32,000 nt of DNA from Bacillus subtilis subsp. subtilis str. 168. Lineage in GTDB: Bacteria > Bacillota > Bacilli > Bacillales > Bacillaceae. Shown here piece after piece: positions 30,501 to 32,000 of the stretch. The stretch covers positions 1,800,001 through 1,832,000 of the forward strand of contig NC_000964.3 in NCBI RefSeq assembly GCF_000009045.1, read 5' to 3'. A program made the translations under genes and the position numbers. The notes under the pieces were generated by a model. That model ran no database searches and was not told where the DNA came from. It worked only from the letters and a program-made list of their open reading frames with translations. The stretch's first letter is position 1. Every line of letters starts with the position of its first letter.

Positions 30501-32000
30501 CAAACAGTCTGAATATAGCTACCAGATTGTGCGGCAAGAACCCGTTACTTTTGAAAAGGCCTTCCAGAGCATTAAAGAAGAACTTGGAGAGCCAGATGCA
30601 ATCCTCTATATGTGGCCTATGGAAGACAAGCGCTGTATAAAGGACCATTCCTGTATTGTTTACCTATTACAAGGTATGTCCGCAGCAAAGCTTCATCCTT
30701 CACGGCTGCTGCTGGCAGGATGTTTTGAAGATAGTCTTGACCGAAGTTATCTGGAATCATGGATTGGCTTCGAACGTTCACTCGGGCTTGTCCTTCCGCA
30801 CACAAAAGTGACTGGAATCTTTCAGCCCGCGGAACAAGGATCGATGGATGATTGGACACGTAAAGTCTGGGCAGAATTACAGGCTTCAACTGAACAAACG
30901 GTTTTGTATCAGAATCTGAAACGATATGTAAATCACATTGAACAGACAACGATACAACCGGACAACAGCAAATTGAAGTCTGGCGGTACTTACCTGATTA
31001 CAGGCGGTGTAGGAGGGCTTGGTTATTTATTTGCCAAGCATTTGGCCAAAAACTATGCCGCAAACCTGATTTTGACAGGGAGGTCGCCTTTTAATGATGA
31101 GAAGCAAAAGCAAATAAAAGAATTAAAGGATCTAGGCGGCGAAGCGATGTATGCAGAAGCAGATGTGTCTGATCCTATCGCAATGGGAGACTGCGTAAAA
31201 AGAGGGAAAGACCGATTCGGTGCCATCAACGGTGTTATTCATGCAGCCGGAATCGAGAGCGACTCTGCTATTTTTGACAAAAAGATCGAAAGCTTCCAGC
31301 GCATCATTGAACCGAAAATCAACGGCACGATAGCGCTTGATGAATGGCTTAAAAATGAAGACCTTGATTTTATGTGTTATTTTTCTTCTTCTTCTGCGGT
31401 TTTAGGGGATTTTGGATGTTGTGATTATGCGATTGGCAATAGGTTTCAGATGGCTTACGCACAATACAGAAATGAGCTGCATAACGGTAAAACGTTTGTC
31501 ATCAACTGGCCTGTGTGGAAGGATGGCGGAATGAAGATCGGTGATGAGGAAACAACGGATATGTACCTGAAATCAAGCGGCCAACGCTTCCTAGAAGCCG
31601 AGGAAGGTATCCGTATGTTTGAGCACATCCTAGCTCAGCAGGATGCTCAGCATCTCGTGATAGCCGGTCAGCCCAGCCGTGTCAGCAGATTTTTAGGAAT
31701 GACTGAACCAGCTATTCCAGAACCGGCCACTCAAGCCCCTCTAGCACAAGAAAACAAGGATGAGGTAAAAACACTAAGCATTGAAAAGCGTTTAGAACAC
31801 GACTTGAAAGAGCATATTCACACATTGCTTAAGATTTCAAAGGACAAGCTGAATTTGAACAAAAATTGGGCCGACTTCGGATTTGATTCGATCTATTTGG
31901 CTAAATTCTCGAACGTGTTATCAAAGCATTTCAACATCGAAGTGACACCGGCTTTATTTTTCGGCTATTCAACTTTACAAGAATTGATCAGCTTTTTCTT
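21553..32000 (+). CDS. pksM: Trans-AT polyketide synthase PksM (bacillaene synthase), 3'-truncated by the window. Domains: DH-ACP-KS-DH-KR-cMT-ACP-KS-KR-ACP(partial)
   Basis: ATG at 21553 (MITEQLHISLNNPIMSNHKVYGQALLPGLAYIDLIYQ) in frame 1, preceded by GAGAGGAG. Domain motifs are readable in this frame up to SKHFNIEVTPALFFGYSTLQELISFF at the window edge. Not in the ORF track because no stop falls inside the window. Confidence 0.92.
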   Translation, partial: MITEQLHISLNNPIMSNHKVYGQALLPGLAYIDLIYQVFQEHGYAYQELELKNLTIFYPLIADESYDIALTIHVSERKEGTWSIIIDGQKQHGESLSDKRQYVTADMHRKEQTAFAESIDLNQWKSTADRILNLDEIYEQCRSQELVHTGMMKAEGQIYEAKEGAVIDLAVGQEALRHSDAFLFHPTLIDGSGIGSSCLISDQTMYLPLYYESFSASERLQKGCTARILSSSVRQKKELTYMTIEYFNSAGQKVAELKQFAGKSVRNMSAFHSAKEIQEERAAVSQNISRDYPAFEMYLRQLLAKQLERPAEQMDIHAGYYELGLDSSSLLTVVQEIGDKVGADLAPTLLFEFTTIAELAAHLADHYSIGEADDAVRQSPSPIDGVTSSPEIGEDIAIIGMAGRYPKAKNIQEFWEQLKAGTDCITEIPNSRWEWKESDGLDSPAGKPLSKWGGFIEEADCFDPQFFRISPREAEMMDPQERLFLETCWEAIEDAGYTPETIASPQGENKRQHVGVFAGVMHKDYSLIGAEALSEHNPFPLSLNYAQIANRVSYYCNFHGPSMAVDTVCSSSLTAVHLAIESIRNGECEAALAGGVNLSLHPAKYISYGSVGMHSSDGYCHTFGKGGDGYVSGEGVGTVLLKPLRKAEQDGDRIYAVIKGSAINHVGKVSGITVPSPVAQADVIEACLEKTGIDPRTISYVEAHGTGTSLGDPIEVQGLVKAFSRNTQDKQFCSIGSVKSNIGHAEAAAGISGLTKTVLQLHHKTLVPSLHSEELNPYLKLDQTPFFVQHETKEWEQPSFTENGVDVTYPRRAGLSSFGASGSNAHLILEEYIPAESHSETILTKNEEIVIPLSARNKDRLQAYALKLLDFLSEDVNLLALAYTMQAGRVEMEERAAFIVKDIKDLTAKLRAFANGEEEIEGCWTGRAKENQEAAGLASVNALNNNLIRDSEMMEMAKAWVQGKRVTWDDLYGDRKPLKISVPTYPFARERYWISVPEMKTSTVNHILHPLVHRNTSDFTEQRFSSVFTGTEFFLSDHVVQGQKILPGVAYLEMAREAAEKAAGDLDGEQRVVSLKDIVWVRPITIESEPKEIHIGLFPEDNGDISFDIYSSSEHKEEALTIHCQGRAVISDEAETSILNLSSIQTECSLDTVTSEQCYAAFRKIGLDYGEGYQGIEKVYVGKDQLLAKISLPAFLKNDKQHFALHPSLMDSAFHATVGFIVSSVNAAGQAQTLSLPFALQEVDIFSPCPEKIWSYIRYSSDSKAENKVRKYDIDLCDENGRVCVRMKGASMRALDGEQHSKPQLLTDSQLTGHTVMIPVWEPVSLEAEDNASFAGKRAVLCGAAEADRTFIKHHYPQISFVDIRPADDIEAIADKLQAYGSIDHVLWIAPSHRGSIGSDGQEEAVLHLFKLVKACLQLGYGEKQLEWSLVTVQAQPVTQHEAVQPAHASIHGLAGTMAKEYPHWKIRLLDLEKGCTWPVNHMFALPADRLGHAWAYRNQQWHQQQLIPYRSSLSGDTLYRKGGVYVVIGGAGYIGEAWSEYMIRRYQAQIVWIGRSQLNAAIQSKIDRLSALGPEPFYIAADAADKHSLQQAYEQVKKRHPHIHGIVHSAMVLFEQSLEKMKPEEFTAGLAAKIDVSIRMAQVFRQENVDFVLFFSSLVAHIKNVKQSHYASGCTFADAFAHQLSQSWACPVKVMNWGYWGNSEAAEDEHYVQLMNQIGLGLIEPAEAMKALEALLSGPVSQTAFIHTTKPVAVEGVNQNEFITLYPEQPSADAESLMERLPTTGRFQRVTHEELDDLLYRLLLGQLQTAELFDGYTLSVERLQQYKTREFYGKWIRQSSEFLLQHGYLKKVGDSLVRKDQAEDIELLWLEWNAKKEKWLKDSETKAMVVLAEAMLQALPDILTGKVPATDIMFPHSSMELVEGIYKHNQVADYFNKVLADTLLAYLDERLKHDPEASIRIMEIGAGTGGTSAGIFEKLKPYQKHINEYCYTDLSKAFLLHAEKEYGAENPYLTYQLFDVEKPIDQQEFEAGGYDVVIAANVLHATKNIRQTLRHTKAVMKNNGMLLLNEMAGNSLFPHITFGLLEGWWLYEDPAVRIPGCPGLHPDSWKAALESEGFESVFFPAEAAHDLSHQIVAASSNGLVRRMMKNVILPEKVVSQASNQEPAYIHTIDSEEAGQSKHALLREKSTEYMKKLIGETLKIPAGKIESSEPLEKYGIDSIVVVQLTNTLRKEFDHVSSTLFFEYQTIDALVEHFIKTKTEALMKLTGLDRQVQQHTPAESRTQSSQKPDQAAKRTRRFRKLGFSGEKETPTNTLASRDVAVIGISGRYPQAETAEDFWNNLKEGRNCIEEIPKDRWDWKAYYDKEKGKEGSIYTKWGGFIKDMDKFDPLFFQISPLEAERMDPQERLFLQTAYASIEDAGYTPDSLCSSRKIGVFAGVMNKNYPTGYGYWSIANRISYLLNFQGPSLAVDTACSSSLTAIHLALESIYSGSSDCAIAGGVNLVVDPVHYQNLSVMNMLSASDTCKSFGDDADGFVDGEGVGAIVLKPLQQAIADGDHIYGVIKASAINSGGKTNGYTVPNPHAQAQVIKEAIERADIPARTISYLEAHGTGTALGDPIEIAGLTKAFEKDTQEKQFCAIGSSKSNIGHCESAAGIAGLTKILFQFKYGQIAPSLHAQRLNPNIEFSHTPFVVQQQLGEWKRPVIGGQEVPRRAGLSSFGAGGSNAHIILEEYIPRTGAQTPKDHPPALIVLSAKNMERLQEKAEQLLTAIKQKRYCETDLIRIAYTLQTGREAMEERLAFIAESLEDLERKLNDFIENKADSLYLDRIDDNKKALAVLSADEDTEKIIEAWMSKGKYTKLLDLWVKGLSFDWGMLYGTQTPVRISLPAYPFAKERYWAPGAAKAPVSIEQDHDQQTEEPFKVMTFQEVWKEEPATLTSKRIKTLICFLTEREKQNAFASALKNVDQDTKVIFISQGEVYSKQSEYSYQIVRQEPVTFEKAFQSIKEELGEPDAILYMWPMEDKRCIKDHSCIVYLLQGMSAAKLHPSRLLLAGCFEDSLDRSYLESWIGFERSLGLVLPHTKVTGIFQPAEQGSMDDWTRKVWAELQASTEQTVLYQNLKRYVNHIEQTTIQPDNSKLKSGGTYLITGGVGGLGYLFAKHLAKNYAANLILTGRSPFNDEKQKQIKELKDLGGEAMYAEADVSDPIAMGDCVKRGKDRFGAINGVIHAAGIESDSAIFDKKIESFQRIIEPKINGTIALDEWLKNEDLDFMCYFSSSSAVLGDFGCCDYAIGNRFQMAYAQYRNELHNGKTFVINWPVWKDGGMKIGDEETTDMYLKSSGQRFLEAEEGIRMFEHILAQQDAQHLVIAGQPSRVSRFLGMTEPAIPEPATQAPLAQENKDEVKTLSIEKRLEHDLKEHIHTLLKISKDKLNLNKNWADFGFDSIYLAKFSNVLSKHFNIEVTPALFFGYSTLQELISFF
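21595..22375 (+). other. N-terminal DH domain of PksM (half of a split module)
   Basis: HKVYGQALLPGLAYID; FHPTLIDGSGIG. Confidence 0.82.
22435..22665 (+). other. ACP domain (PksM)
   Basis: GYYELGLDSSSLLTVVQEIGDKVGADLAPTLLFEFTTIAELAAHL. Confidence 0.87.
22735..24055 (+). other. KS domain (PksM)
   Basis: [43 protein letters not shown]. Confidence 0.9.
24568..25445 (+). other. DH domain (PksM)
   Basis: HPLVHRN...[19 protein letters not shown]; LHPSLMDSAFHAT. Confidence 0.87.
26110..26765 (+). other. KR domain (PksM) with divergent active-site motif
   Basis: GVYVVIGGAGYIG, FVLFFSSLVAHIKNVKQSHYASGCTFADAF, MNWGYWG. Confidence 0.82.
27250..27990 (+). other. C-methyltransferase (cMT) domain (PksM)
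   Basis: SAM-binding motif MEIGAGTGGTSAGIFEKL, then YDVVIAANVLHATKNIRQTLRHTKAVMKNNGMLLLNE. Confidence 0.9.
28137..28355 (+). other. ACP domain (PksM)
   Basis: LEKYGIDSIVVVQLTNTLRKEFDHVSSTLFFEYQTIDALVEHF. Confidence 0.88.
28513..29758 (+). other. KS domain (PksM)
   Basis: VAVIGISGRYPQA, VDTACSSSL, EAHGTGTALGDP, GSSKSNIGH. Confidence 0.9.
30988..31590 (+). other. KR domain (PksM)
   Basis: GTYLITGGVGGLG, FMCYFSSSSAVLGDFGCCDYAIGNRFQMAYAQ, INWPVWKDGGM. Confidence 0.87.
31780..32000 (+). other. ACP domain (PksM), reaching the window edge
   Basis: WADFGFDSIYLAKFSNVLSKHFNIEVTPALFFGYSTLQELISFF; Ser codon 31888. Confidence 0.85.

Noticed and set aside
21553-32000. Apparent absence of any long ORF after 21537 in the supplied track
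   Set aside because: Artefact of needing an in-window stop. Frame 1 from ATG 21553 carries continuous PKS domain motifs up to base 32000, giving pksM.

Overview
The whole 32 kb window is one co-directional (+ strand) stretch of modular PKS genes without acyltransferase domains. It matches the central part of the Bacillus subtilis bacillaene (pksX) trans-AT PKS locus. Three giant ORFs are present: the 3' part of pksJ (3..7937, starts before the window), all of pksL (track ORF 7921..21537, 4538 aa; start discussed below), and the 5' part of pksM (21553..>32000). pksM is missing from the supplied ORF track, apparently because its stop lies outside the window. Reading the translations gives this domain order. 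PksJ: DH-KR-ACP-ACP-KS-KR-ACP-KS0. PksL: DH-ACP-KS-DH-KR-ACP-KS-ACP-ACP-KS-KR-ACP-KS0. PksM: DH-ACP-KS-DH-KR-cMT-ACP-KS-KR-ACP... I found no AT domain. This is a known pathway, not an undescribed system. The points worth a second look are the pksL start codon (GTG 7939 versus ATG 7921), two KS0 domains with NGSG in place of HGTG, split KS0|DH modules repeated at both gene junctions with a shared C-terminal tail motif, Trp-flagged tandem ACPs, and several domains with altered catalytic-motif residues. The antisense ORFs in the track look like shadows of the PKS coding sequence.
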